This document shows positions 45,144 through 54,652 of a stretch of 64,000 nucleotides of DNA, in pieces. The translations under genes and the position numbers were made by a program. Source of the stretch: Comamonadaceae bacterium (GTDB lineage: Bacteria > Pseudomonadota > Gammaproteobacteria > Burkholderiales > Burkholderiaceae_C); assembly GCA_947373185.1 (NCBI GenBank), contig CANBWP010000013.1:6797-70796 (forward strand), written 5' to 3'. Below the pieces are notes generated by a model, which was given only the letters and a program-made list of their open reading frames with translations, had not been told where the DNA came from and made no database searches. How positions within the stretch are numbered: position 1 is the stretch's first letter; each line of letters begins with the position of its first letter.

Positions 45144-45800
45144 TCAGTGATTGGCGCCCATGGCATGCTGAATGTCGCTGCCGCCCTGCTTCACATGGGC
45201 AAGCAAAACATCCACCGCACACAGCAAAGCATCTTTCAAGGTCTCGGTGCTCATGCTGGCAATGGGGGCGCCAGAACGCATGGCCGCCTGCGCTGGCAAC
45301 AGGGGAACATGGACAAAGCCACTGATCACCTCGGAGCCGATCAGCGCGTGTTGCAAACCATAAAACACTTGATTGCACACAAAAGTGCCCGCTGTTTGCG
45401 AAATAGACGCCGGGTAGCCTTTGGCTTTCAAGGCCAGGGCCATCTTTTTGAGCGGCAGTGTCGAAAAATAAGCCGCAGGTCCATCGGTGACCACCGGCAA
45501 GTCAATGGGTTGATCACCTGCGTTGTCAGGGATTCGGGCATCGCACACATTGATGGCCACACGTTCAATGGAAAAATCACTGCGACCATCGGCTTGACCC
45601 AAGGCCAGGACGATGCGCGGCTGATGGATGGCCAAGGCGTGTTGCAACGGCCCCAAGGATTGAGAAAAAACACAGGGCAATTGAACCGCCACCAACTGGG
45701 CATCTTGAAGCTTCAAACCGTCTAGGGCTTTGGCCACCTCCCACGATGGATTGATGGACTCGCCGCCAAAAGGCTCAAAGCCTGTGATCAAAATTTTCAA
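45144..45800 (-). CDS. pcp: Pyroglutamyl-peptidase I
   Basis: 218 aa with MKILITGFEPFGGESINPSWEV...AGTFVCNQVFY (catalytic Cys context). Confidence 0.92.
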   Translation of the reverse strand: MKILITGFEPFGGESINPSWEVAKALDGLKLQDAQLVAVQLPCVFSQSLGPLQHALAIHQPRIVLALGQADGRSDFSIERVAINVCDARIPDNAGDQPIDLPVVTDGPAAYFSTLPLKKMALALKAKGYPASISQTAGTFVCNQVFYGLQHALIGSEVISGFVHVPLLPAQAAMRSGAPIASMSTETLKDALLCAVDVLLAHVKQGGSDIQHAMGANH

Positions 45801-46831
45801 TGCTTGACTCCAGCACCTTGTAAATCAATTCGGGGCGGCATCGACAGGAAGGCATCCATGGCATGCCAAAAGCGATGGCGATTGACGCCCAACAAAGCGG
45901 TGTGCGACAAGCCCGCAATCTTGCTCATCTGTTTGTCTGCATTGGGCAGTCGGGCATAAAAGCCCATCAGGTCTGCGTCGGTGGCAATGCCATCGTGTTC
46001 TGCGCGAACAATCAGCACAGGGCATGCAATTTTGAACGGGTCAACCAAGGGCAGTTTCGTGACCATGTCGATGTAGGTACCGTTGGGCACGGTATCACCG
46101 TAACGCAATTCTTCTTGCGCCACCACATCGCCCATGTTGGGATCTGCGGCGCTAGGGTGATCGCGGGTAAAGACAGAGCGATAAAACTCAGCATCAACTT
46201 TTCGGACATTGCTTTGAAGCAGTTCGGGCAAACGCTTGGCACGCTGTGCCAGGGTGGGCGCATCTTGACCGGTCCACACAAAAGCATCCAGTACCAATTT
46301 TTCGACCACATCCGGATAGGCGTTGGCAAATTTGGCGGCTCGCAGGGCGCCAGACGACTGGCCAAAAAAGGCCATCTTGGTTCGACCCGTTTCTCGGCGA
46401 ACCACGCTCATGGCAGCGTTCAAATCTTCAACGCCGCTTTGAATGTCGGACAAACCAGAGGTTCTGTCGGAGTGACCGTAGCCCTCGTGGTCCATGGTCC
46501 AAACGTCGTAGCCCAATCTGGCAAAGTGGTCCATGAGCGAGTAATCCTGGTTGCCAGGAAACTGCAAATCAAACATGGTTTTGCCAGAATAAGAGGAGCC
46601 ATGTACCAAGAAAAGCAAAGGCTTGTTGGGCTTCCCATCGTCTATGTGCTTGCGATAGACCCACAGCTTCACCGTGCCCTTTTGCGTCCAAAACGCTTGA
46701 GCTTTAACCGAAGCACCTGTTTCTGCTTGGGCAGAACCCAAAGCGGTCAAGAAGCCCCATGCGCAAAGCACAAGAAAAGGTTTGAGTCTTCTGCTCAAAG
46801 AGGTCCATGTGCTGAATGAGAAATGAAACAT
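45797..46831 (-). CDS. Secreted alpha/beta-fold hydrolase
   Basis: Signal peptide ...LTALGSAQA. LFLVHGSSYSG and nucleophile elbow GQSSG. 4-nt overlap with the pcp start. Confidence 0.85.
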   Translation of the reverse strand: MFHFSFSTWTSLSRRLKPFLVLCAWGFLTALGSAQAETGASVKAQAFWTQKGTVKLWVYRKHIDDGKPNKPLLFLVHGSSYSGKTMFDLQFPGNQDYSLMDHFARLGYDVWTMDHEGYGHSDRTSGLSDIQSGVEDLNAAMSVVRRETGRTKMAFFGQSSGALRAAKFANAYPDVVEKLVLDAFVWTGQDAPTLAQRAKRLPELLQSNVRKVDAEFYRSVFTRDHPSAADPNMGDVVAQEELRYGDTVPNGTYIDMVTKLPLVDPFKIACPVLIVRAEHDGIATDADLMGFYARLPNADKQMSKIAGLSHTALLGVNRHRFWHAMDAFLSMPPRIDLQGAGVKH

Positions 46832-46860
46832 GTCGTCAGGCCTTCAGTGAATCAAATGAA

Positions 46861-48024
46861 TTAAGCCAATGCAAGCTCTGCCGAATGAACTGGCGCAAAG
46901 CCCATTTCATCCAAGGCTTGGGCCAAATGTTGCAAGCTGCGCGAAGGGTTGTGCAGTTTTTCCAAACCAAACAATCCGATGCGAAAGGTCATGAAGTCTT
47001 TGGGTTCGTCGCATTGCAGAGGAACACCGGCAGCCGTTTGAAGGCCAAGCGCCAAAAACTTTTTGCTGTTGTGAATGTCGGCGTCTTGGGTGTAACTGAC
47101 CACAACACCGGGGGCTTGAAAACCCGCCGCTGCCACACTTTGGAATCCGCGGGACTCAAGCAAGGTGCGAACCTGCTGACCCAATACTTCTTGTTCTTTT
47201 TTCACTTTGGCAAAACCGTAAGCTCGCGTTTCTTTCATCACATCGCGCAGGCGGGCCAAGGCATCAGTGGGCATGGTGGTGTGGTACATGTGCGTTCCGG
47301 CTTCGTAGGCCTCCATGATTTGCAACCACTTTTTCAAGTCGCAGGCAAAGCTGGAACTTTGAGTGGCGTCGATGGCTTTGCGAGCTCGTTCGCTCAACAT
47401 GACCATGGCGCAACAAGGCGAACCACTCCATCCTTTTTGAGGCGCACTGATCAAGACATCCACCCCCGTGGCTTTCATGTCCACCCACATGGCACCAGAG
47501 GCAATGCAATCCAAGACCAACAAACCACCGACTTGATGCACTGCATTGGCAACGCGCAACAGGTAGTCATCGGGCAGCATCATGCCCGCCGCAGTTTCGA
47601 CGTGGGGTGCAAACACGACCGCCGGTTTTTCTTGGGCAATCTGAGCTTCCACTTCTTCGACAGGGCAAGGCGCCCAGGCTGACTGGGAGTTGGCACTTTG
47701 CTGCTTGGCCTTGAGCACCACAGAGGCACTTGGAATTGCACCCATGTCAAAAATTTGAGTCCAACGGAAACTGAACCAGCCGTTGCGAATGACCATGACT
47801 TTTTGGCCTTGCGCAAATTGTCTGGCCACGGCCTCCATGCCAAAAGTCCCACTGCCAGGCACCAAAGCCACCGAGTGCGCCGCATAGACTTCTTTCAAAA
47901 TAGCAGAGATGTCTTGCATCACCCCTTGAAAGCGCTTGGACATGTGGTTCAAGGCGCGGTCTGTGTAGACCACCGAAAATTCCAGCAAGCCATCGGGATC
48001 GATGTTGGGCAACAAAGCGGGCAT
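46861..48024 (-). CDS. Class V aminotransferase (PLP-dependent)
   Basis: SVVYTDRALNHMS...VPGSGTFGMEA...ISAPQKGW pattern. The ATG at 48024 sits 7 nt after AGGAGA. An alternative ATG lies at 48030. Confidence 0.85.
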   Translation of the reverse strand: MPALLPNIDPDGLLEFSVVYTDRALNHMSKRFQGVMQDISAILKEVYAAHSVALVPGSGTFGMEAVARQFAQGQKVMVIRNGWFSFRWTQIFDMGAIPSASVVLKAKQQSANSQSAWAPCPVEEVEAQIAQEKPAVVFAPHVETAAGMMLPDDYLLRVANAVHQVGGLLVLDCIASGAMWVDMKATGVDVLISAPQKGWSGSPCCAMVMLSERARKAIDATQSSSFACDLKKWLQIMEAYEAGTHMYHTTMPTDALARLRDVMKETRAYGFAKVKKEQEVLGQQVRTLLESRGFQSVAAAGFQAPGVVVSYTQDADIHNSKKFLALGLQTAAGVPLQCDEPKDFMTFRIGLFGLEKLHNPSRSLQHLAQALDEMGFAPVHSAELALA

Positions 48025-48036
48025 GGTCATTCTCCT

Positions 48037-48060
48037 GAATGAAAGAGGAACTTTTCATTC
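48037..48060 (-). promoter_or_regulatory. 8-bp-arm inverted repeat (GAATGAAA-N8-TTTCATTC) abutting the aminotransferase Shine-Dalgarno sequence
   Basis: Read directly. On the mRNA strand the hairpin is immediately followed by AGGAGA. Confidence 0.35.
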
Positions 48061-48198
48061 TAGCCACTCAAGTGCGAAAAGTCTTCCACGACCGCATGAC
48101 ACACAAGTGGTCATTGCAGAACAGCACATCGAACTAGGGTTTCCACCTGCCTTTCAATGCGCCGGTGCCACTAGGATGCATGCAAAGGATTTTTGAAC

Positions 48199-49194
48199 AT
48201 GAACACTTTGCCAGTCACCCTGTCCAAACGCTTCAAACGATGGGCTTGCCTAACCGCCCTCCTGACCACGGTCGTGCCGAGCTTGGCAATCGCGCAAGCT
48301 TGGCCGAGCAAACAGCCCATTAAATTGGTGGCCGTGTTTCCGCCAGGCGGCTCTGTCGATCAAGTGGCGCGCATCATTGCACCGGTGCTGTCACAGCAAT
48401 TGGGTCAAAGCGTGATTGTTGAAAACAAGGGGGGCGCATCGGGGGTGATCGGCACGTCGAATGTGCTTTCAGCACCTGCCGATGGCTACACATTTGCGGT
48501 CGTGTTTGACACCCATGGGGTCAATCAAAGCTTGATGCCCAACATGCCCTATGACAGCAAAAAGGACCTCGTACCACTCATTTTGGTGGGCACCTCGGCC
48601 ATGGTGCTGACGTCCAACGTGAACAATGAATACAAATCTTTTGCCGATGTCGTGACGGCGGCCAAAGCCAAAAAGAACGTTTCGTTTGGCACCATCGGCA
48701 ACGGCAGTCTGGGACATCTGGCCATGGCCTTGCTTGGCAAAAACGGCAACATGGAATTCAATCACATCCCTTACAAAGGGGGCGGCCCCCTCATGACAGA
48801 CGCAGTGGCTGGCCACGTGCCTTTGGCCATGGGCACAGTGTTTTTGAGCAAACCCCACATTGACAACAAACGCATTCGCCCCTTGGCAGTCACCTCCTTG
48901 AAACGCGTCCCAGAATTTCCAGATGTGCCGACCATTGCAGAAGCAGGATTTCCTGGCTTTGAAGCACCCGCGTGGTGGGCCTTGTTAGCGTCCTCCAAAA
49001 CGCCACCCGACATTGTCAAGCGCATGAACGAAGAGTTGAACAAGGTTTTGCAAAACCCTGACATCGCTCACAAACTGAGCGCGCAGGGGATTGAAATTTC
49101 GGGCGGCAGTGTGGACAAGGCCAAAACCTTCATCGACAAACAAATTGACACCTGGGCCAAAGTGGTTCGTGACAATGGCATCAAGCCGGACTGA
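48199..49194 (+). CDS. Bug-family (TctC-like) substrate-binding protein
   Basis: Signal peptide ...VVPSLAIAQA and PIKLVAVFPPGGSVDQVAR. Confidence 0.9.
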   Translation: MNTLPVTLSKRFKRWACLTALLTTVVPSLAIAQAWPSKQPIKLVAVFPPGGSVDQVARIIAPVLSQQLGQSVIVENKGGASGVIGTSNVLSAPADGYTFAVVFDTHGVNQSLMPNMPYDSKKDLVPLILVGTSAMVLTSNVNNEYKSFADVVTAAKAKKNVSFGTIGNGSLGHLAMALLGKNGNMEFNHIPYKGGGPLMTDAVAGHVPLAMGTVFLSKPHIDNKRIRPLAVTSLKRVPEFPDVPTIAEAGFPGFEAPAWWALLASSKTPPDIVKRMNEELNKVLQNPDIAHKLSAQGIEISGGSVDKAKTFIDKQIDTWAKVVRDNGIKPD

Positions 49195-49221
49195 GCCTCA
49201 GGCAGCAGATCGCTTGGATCC

Positions 49222-49776
49222 TCACGCCTCAGGTGTGATTTGCAAAGCCACCAAAAATCGCGCCACCATGTTGTAGGTGGCAATGGCGGTGGTGAGCTCC
49301 ACAATTTCAGTGGTGCTCAAGCGTGATTGCAATTGTTTGAACAACGCGTCATCGACCTTCACACGCTGCGTCATTTGCGCAGCGTACTGAACCACCCACC
49401 GAGACATTTCATCCAATGCGGCATCGCTCACGCCTTCGGCGGGGTTTGCTTCAACGGCACGTTTCAAAGCGTCAAGTTCGGCCTGAGTACCACCCGCTTT
49501 GAGAAAGTCAGGCGCATGGTGGTGATATTCGTAATGCGCGCCCGTGAGCAAGGCCACGGTGCAAATACCCAGCTCGCAGAGTTGGCGTGAAGTCGACAGG
49601 CCCGTGCGCACGTTGCGCAAGTAGACATTCCAGCCTGAAGCCACAGGCTCGCTCCAGAGCAGCGCCTTGTCCAAATTGAGCAAGGCGCCGCCGCGCCTGG
49701 CCAAAATGGCATCGACCAACTCTTTGGGTTGGGGGTGTTTTTCAGGGGTCCAATCAGGAATGCGCATGGTGCTCAC
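49222..49776 (-). CDS. Carboxymuconolactone decarboxylase (AhpD-like) family protein
   Basis: 184 aa. ELGICTVALLTGAHYEYHHH resembles the CMD-family helix pattern. Confidence 0.75.
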   Translation of the reverse strand: MSTMRIPDWTPEKHPQPKELVDAILARRGGALLNLDKALLWSEPVASGWNVYLRNVRTGLSTSRQLCELGICTVALLTGAHYEYHHHAPDFLKAGGTQAELDALKRAVEANPAEGVSDAALDEMSRWVVQYAAQMTQRVKVDDALFKQLQSRLSTTEIVELTTAIATYNMVARFLVALQITPEA

Positions 49777-49800
49777 CTTGGGTCAATCACAAGAAAAAAA

Positions 49801-50049
49801 TCAAGCATAAAAGGCTTCAACGGTGCCTTTGAGTTTGATCATCAAAGGGTTGCCTTTGCGATCCAAGGCCTTGCCAGCCGGCACTTTGACCCAGCCCTCA
49901 CTGATGCAATATTCTTCAACATCATGACGCGCTTTGCCATTCAGACGAATGCCAATGCTGTGTTCAAACACAGCCGCGTTGAAGTGAGGGCTTTTGTGGT
50001 CAATCGACAAGTGATCCGGCAATTCGGGGCGAGTAAGGGAGTCGCTCAT
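49801..50049 (-). CDS. DUF3297-family protein
   Basis: 82 aa with PDHLSIDHKSPHFNAAVFEHSIGIRLNGK...EEYCISEGWV, as recalled for DUF3297. Confidence 0.7.
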   Translation of the reverse strand: MSDSLTRPELPDHLSIDHKSPHFNAAVFEHSIGIRLNGKARHDVEEYCISEGWVKVPAGKALDRKGNPLMIKLKGTVEAFYA

Positions 50050-50191
50050 GGGTTTCTCAAAAAAAGGAGGTTGTTTGAATCGATCGTAACACCGGAGCGC
50101 ATCTTCACAGACTGTCGTGCGATGAACAGCATTTCAGCGGGGCACTTGAATCTCAACTTGGTGCATCAAGTGACGGCACCCAGCGCAGGCC

Positions 50192-51211
50192 TCAATCGGC
50201 CGTGATGTTGGCTTGCCGTATCAGGTTGCCATACTTGGCAAATTGAACGCGCAAATCGCCGGCCAATTCGTCGGGTGTTGTCCCCCGAGGCGTCAGGCCC
50301 AAACCCATCAATTGTTCCTTGATGCCGGCATCGGCCAAAGCCTTGGCAATTTCTGCATGCAGCTTTTGCACAATGGGTTTGGGCGTACCTGCAGGGGCCA
50401 TCATGGCAAACCACGAGTTGAATTCAAAACCGCTCAAACCTGACTCGTTGACGGTGGGCACATCCGGAAACTGCGCCAAGCGTTTGGGGGTGGTCACGGC
50501 AATGAGTTTGAGTTTGCCGGCCTTGACCAAAGAACTGACAGTGGCAATGCCCTGAAACGCCACCTGCACTTCGTGACCCGCCACACCCACGGCGGCTTGG
50601 GTTGCGCCTTTGTAAGGGACATGTGTGAGTTGAACGCCAGACTGCGCTGCAAACAAGGCCATGGCAATGTGCTGAGGGCTGCCATTGCCACCCGAGCCAT
50701 AGTTGAGCTGACCCGGCGATTTTTTGGCGGTGGCAATCAAATCGGCGACAGTTCGGATGTTGGAATCGATGGGCACCACAATGCCCCACTCCACAGTGGC
50801 CACCAAAGAAACGGGTTCAAAATCTTTCAAAATGTCCCAGGGCATTTTGGCTTGCATGTTGGGAAGCATGGTCATGATGCTGTCATTGAACCCGCCCAGC
50901 GTGTAACCATCGGGCGTCGCCTTGGCCACGCGATCTGCGCCAATCAAACCAGCAGCGCCGGCCTGATTTTCAATGGCAATGCCGACCCCCAGATTGGCTG
51001 CCACTTTTTGCATCACGATGCGCGCCGCATTGTCGACGGCACTGCCAGCGGCCAAAGGCACAATCAATTTGATGGGCTTTTGTGGATACGCATTGGACTG
51101 TGCAAAGACCGTTGTGGCCAGGCATCCGGCAAGGCACACACTGCCGACTTTGAAAAACCATTTTTTCAAGCGCCACACTGTGGTGAGGGGCTGCTCATTG
51201 AATTGGCGCAT
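50192..51211 (-). CDS. Bug-family (TctC-like) substrate-binding protein
   Basis: PIKLIVPLAAGSAVDNAAR. Start taken at MRQFNEQ... so that a signal peptide is present. The ORF extends to 51280. Confidence 0.88.
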   Translation of the reverse strand: MRQFNEQPLTTVWRLKKWFFKVGSVCLAGCLATTVFAQSNAYPQKPIKLIVPLAAGSAVDNAARIVMQKVAANLGVGIAIENQAGAAGLIGADRVAKATPDGYTLGGFNDSIMTMLPNMQAKMPWDILKDFEPVSLVATVEWGIVVPIDSNIRTVADLIATAKKSPGQLNYGSGGNGSPQHIAMALFAAQSGVQLTHVPYKGATQAAVGVAGHEVQVAFQGIATVSSLVKAGKLKLIAVTTPKRLAQFPDVPTVNESGLSGFEFNSWFAMMAPAGTPKPIVQKLHAEIAKALADAGIKEQLMGLGLTPRGTTPDELAGDLRVQFAKYGNLIRQANITAD

Positions 51212-51272
51212 GTTGATGACTCCTGTTGATTCGAAGGCTTGAGGGTTTCTTTCACTGTACGAAGCAATCTGA

Positions 51273-52337
51273 TCAAACACCCAGCGAAGCCAAAGGCGCT
51301 ATCTCCAAGCGCTCGGCCAAATCGTTCAGTTGCTTGACCAAGCTGGGCGCCAATGCGACGCCATGCAATTCATGTTGTTTGCGCTTTTCAAAACTCTGCT
51401 CGCCTGGCAACCAAATGCGCGCCACACCTGGCATGCGGTCGGCACCCCGGAGCTCTTGCACCAGCTTGTCAACGTTGCGTTTGAATTCGTCGATGTCACC
51501 AAAGGCTGACGGATCAATGACCGCAATGGCTTGGCCTGTATTTGTGATGGTGGTGTCGTCTTTGTTGAAGTCGATCACCTGACTGCCCATGGCCGCACCA
51601 TTGAGGGTCCCCGCCAAGATGCCCACAACCAAGGACAAGCCATAGCCTTTGTAGCCACCAATGGGCAACAAGAAGCCTTCATCGCTCTTGGTGGGGTCCA
51701 GCAAAGGTTTGCCTTGGCGGTCAATCATCCAACCTTCGGGCATCATCTCGCCGCGCTGCGCTTTGGCTTTGACTTTGCCGTAGGCGGCCACCGTCGTGGC
51801 CATGTCCAACACCACCGGTGCTTCCTTCCAGGTTGGAATGGCCGCAGCGATGGGGTTGGTTGACAGCAGCATGTCCAGGCCTCCCCACGGCGGCAAATGG
51901 TTGGCATTGCCAACCGCAAAATACAATCCAATCATGTCGTGCTCTAAAGCCATTCGGGCGTACAGCGAAGCAGGCCCCGCATGGTTGCTCAAGCGACTGC
52001 CCACCCAGGCAATGCCGGCACTGCGGGCTTTTTGAATGGCCAACTCTGTGGCTTTCTTCATGACCAAATGCCCCATGCCATTGTCACCATTGATCAAGGC
52101 CATGGCCGTTCGCTCTTGCTCAATCTGAATGTTCGGATTCAAGTTCAAGCCACCCGCCAATATTCGGCGGGCATAGGGCACCAAGCGAATGATGCCGTGG
52201 CCATCCGAGCCTTGCATGTCGGCATCGGCCATCAAACTGCCCACGGTGTTGGCATCGTCTTGTGGCAAACCCATGGCGCACAGGGCCTGGGCAATGAAAC
52301 TTTGCAGCTGTGCTTTGCTGGCTTTGAATTCAGACAT
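51273..52337 (-). CDS. Ldh_2-family (malate/L-lactate dehydrogenase type 2) oxidoreductase
   Basis: 354 aa with GSDGHGIIRLVPYARRI...NPIAAAIP...AAYGKV pattern. Confidence 0.85.
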   Translation of the reverse strand: MSEFKASKAQLQSFIAQALCAMGLPQDDANTVGSLMADADMQGSDGHGIIRLVPYARRILAGGLNLNPNIQIEQERTAMALINGDNGMGHLVMKKATELAIQKARSAGIAWVGSRLSNHAGPASLYARMALEHDMIGLYFAVGNANHLPPWGGLDMLLSTNPIAAAIPTWKEAPVVLDMATTVAAYGKVKAKAQRGEMMPEGWMIDRQGKPLLDPTKSDEGFLLPIGGYKGYGLSLVVGILAGTLNGAAMGSQVIDFNKDDTTITNTGQAIAVIDPSAFGDIDEFKRNVDKLVQELRGADRMPGVARIWLPGEQSFEKRKQHELHGVALAPSLVKQLNDLAERLEIAPLASLGV

Positions 52338-53037
52338 TTTTCATCCGTTGTTGAAGTGCCAAGACCGCGCATTCTGGGCTGGTCAGGATGGGCACGGGGG
52401 TTGTCGCTTGCGCAGCCGCTTGGGCGGCCGCCATGGAAAACTGCGCCAACATGATCACCTCACAGGGCGGCAATGCTTGAACGCCCTGCGCGACCAACTG
52501 ATGGTGCATTTCGGCACGGCCTTGCGCCAATGCATCCATGGCACCTGGCACGAACACGGTGTGCAAATGCACAGGCCGCTCTAGTCCAGCAGACATGGCT
52601 CTGAACTCTTCGCCCATCGACACCAAAGAGGCTGCAAAGGTGGCCACCAATCCAATGTTCAAGGCTTTGCCCGGTGCCGCATTTTGTTTCAAGGCCCCAT
52701 CCAAGGCCATGCGCAAAGCTTGCTCGAACATGGCCTCGTTGGGTTTGAGGGTGGGGATGCCCACCGAACTGGCTGCAGCTTCAATCGCTTCACCAAAGGC
52801 AGAGCAAGTGAACAAAATACCTTGACAGCCTGCACGCTTCGCGTAATTGGCCAAATCAATGAAACGCTCCACCATGTCGGCCGTTAACTCACCGGCCGCC
52901 GCATGGTCTCGCGACAGACTGTCATCGAGGATATTTTGCAAAGTGGCATCTGGCCACCAGGATTTGAAAGCTTGGTTGACAGGGTCTATGGCCAAAGCCG
53001 TTGCATGAATCAGTGCAATTCGAGTTGCACGCATCAT
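52330..53037 (-). CDS. Asp/Glu/hydantoin racemase-family protein
   Basis: 235 aa with RIALIHATALAIDP...GILFTCSAFG...IMLAQFSMA. 8-nt and 4-nt overlaps with its neighbours. Confidence 0.75.
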   Translation of the reverse strand: MMRATRIALIHATALAIDPVNQAFKSWWPDATLQNILDDSLSRDHAAAGELTADMVERFIDLANYAKRAGCQGILFTCSAFGEAIEAAASSVGIPTLKPNEAMFEQALRMALDGALKQNAAPGKALNIGLVATFAASLVSMGEEFRAMSAGLERPVHLHTVFVPGAMDALAQGRAEMHHQLVAQGVQALPPCEVIMLAQFSMAAAQAAAQATTPVPILTSPECAVLALQQRMKNV

Positions 53038-54044
53038 TCAATCCGCAATCCCGTTTTTTCAATCACAGGTTTCCAGCGGGCCATCTCGTCCTTGATGTAC
53101 TCGGTGGCGGATTCGGGCGTTGAATCGGTGGGCTCCATGGCCAACTGCTTCAGCTGCTCGACCAACACGGGGTCTTTCAGGACCTTGGCGGTGGCCGCGG
53201 CCAAGATGTCGATCACGGCTTTGGGCGTGCCTGCAGGCGCAGCCACGCCGTTCCACAACACCGCTTCAAAACCTTTGATGCCCAAAGCTTCGTTCACGGT
53301 CGGCACATCGGGTGCCAAGCTGGAACGCTTATTGGAGGCGATGGCCAAAATTTTGGCTTGACCGCCTTGATGCAAAGGCAAGGCAGAGCCCAAGGCATCG
53401 ACCATGGTTTCTGTTTGGCCGCCCAACAGCGCGGGTTTGGCTTGGCCACTGCCCTTGTAGGGAATGTGTTCAATCTTGGCGCCAGACTCCAACAAAAACC
53501 GCTCCATCGACAAATGCAAGTAAGTGCCCTGACCCGGCGAGCCGTAACGGAACTTGGTTGGGTTGGCTTTGGCCTGGTCGATCAAAGCTTTCAACGTTTG
53601 AGGCGACTCTTTGTTGGCCATGATGACCACGGCCGAGCCACCGACAACCGCCACGGTGGTGAAGTCTTTCAAATAATCGTATTGGGGCTTGAGGGCCATC
53701 AAGTTGTACAAGGCCAAATTAGAAGCCGTTCCAAACAACAGCGTGTGGCCGTCGGGCTGGCTGCGCTTGACCTCGAGCGAGCCAATGGCACCACTGGCGC
53801 CGGCTTTGTTGTCAACAATGACACTTTGGTTCAGCACCCGGGACAATCCGATGGCGTATTGGCGCGCAAAAATATCGGTAGGGCCGCCAGCAGGAAACGG
53901 TACGATCAAACGAATGGTCTTCGTTGGAAAATGCGTTGCGTTTTGAGTTTGCGCCTGCGCTGTGCCAGACAGCAGACAGGCACTGGCACCGATGGCCCAA
54001 GCCGCCAAGCAAGCGCGGCGTTTGAATGAAGTGAGTTGAAACAC
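53034..54044 (-). CDS. Bug-family (TctC-like) substrate-binding protein
   Basis: Signal peptide ...LLSGTAQA and TIRLIVPFPAGGPTDIFAR. Confidence 0.9.
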   Translation of the reverse strand: MFQLTSFKRRACLAAWAIGASACLLSGTAQAQTQNATHFPTKTIRLIVPFPAGGPTDIFARQYAIGLSRVLNQSVIVDNKAGASGAIGSLEVKRSQPDGHTLLFGTASNLALYNLMALKPQYDYLKDFTTVAVVGGSAVVIMANKESPQTLKALIDQAKANPTKFRYGSPGQGTYLHLSMERFLLESGAKIEHIPYKGSGQAKPALLGGQTETMVDALGSALPLHQGGQAKILAIASNKRSSLAPDVPTVNEALGIKGFEAVLWNGVAAPAGTPKAVIDILAAATAKVLKDPVLVEQLKQLAMEPTDSTPESATEYIKDEMARWKPVIEKTGLRIE

Positions 54045-54079
54045 TTTGTCTCCCTATTTTTGACTGCCAACAGGTCTCC

Positions 54080-54095
54080 GCTCATTTCAATGAGC
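54080..54095. promoter_or_regulatory. Inverted repeat GCTCATT-tc-AATGAGC upstream of the Bug/racemase/Ldh_2 operon
   Basis: Perfect 7-bp arms, 36-51 nt upstream of the start at 54044. Confidence 0.3.
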
Positions 54096-54132
54096 AGTTG
54101 TTCAAAACATCATAAGCGCATCGCGCAGGTGT

Positions 54133-54621
54133 CTACAGACTGGCGTTCCGCCATTCGGACTGGTGTGAAGCGGGCTCACAGCCTAAGCCCGCAGACTGGA
54201 TCGCATGGATCGCACAAAACTCATCGCGATCAGACGCATCACCGCTCACGCCCACAGCGCCGACGACCAAGGCTTGCGCATTCAGAATCAACACACCCCC
54301 TGGCACTGGAATAAAGCGGCCATCCGATGCGCAGGCCAAAGCACTTTGAAAGGCAGGCCGGTTGGCCAGCCTGTCTCGAATCAAGCGTGTGGACATGCCC
54401 ATGCCTAAGGCGGCCCAGGCTTTGCCAAAGGCAATGTCGTAGCGCATCACGCCGCAACCATCTTCGCGCTTGAAGGCCACCAACTGGCCACCGGCATCGA
54501 GCACCGCCACGGCCAATGGCAGGAGACCTTCCTGTTGGCGGACCGCCAAACACGCGTCCAAAATGTGGGAGGCCTGCTTCAAAGTGAGGCTGGTAGAGAG
54601 GGCATGAAGTTGTTCGCTCAT
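54133..54621 (-). CDS. GlcG/HbpS-like (DUF336) haem-binding protein
   Basis: 162 aa with AVAVLDAGGQLVAFKREDG...FGKAWAALGMG...PGGVLI. Confidence 0.8.
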   Translation of the reverse strand: MSEQLHALSTSLTLKQASHILDACLAVRQQEGLLPLAVAVLDAGGQLVAFKREDGCGVMRYDIAFGKAWAALGMGMSTRLIRDRLANRPAFQSALACASDGRFIPVPGGVLILNAQALVVGAVGVSGDASDRDEFCAIHAIQSAGLGCEPASHQSEWRNASL

Positions 54622-54652
54622 AAGGGTTTCATTCTAGACAAAACGGTTGATT

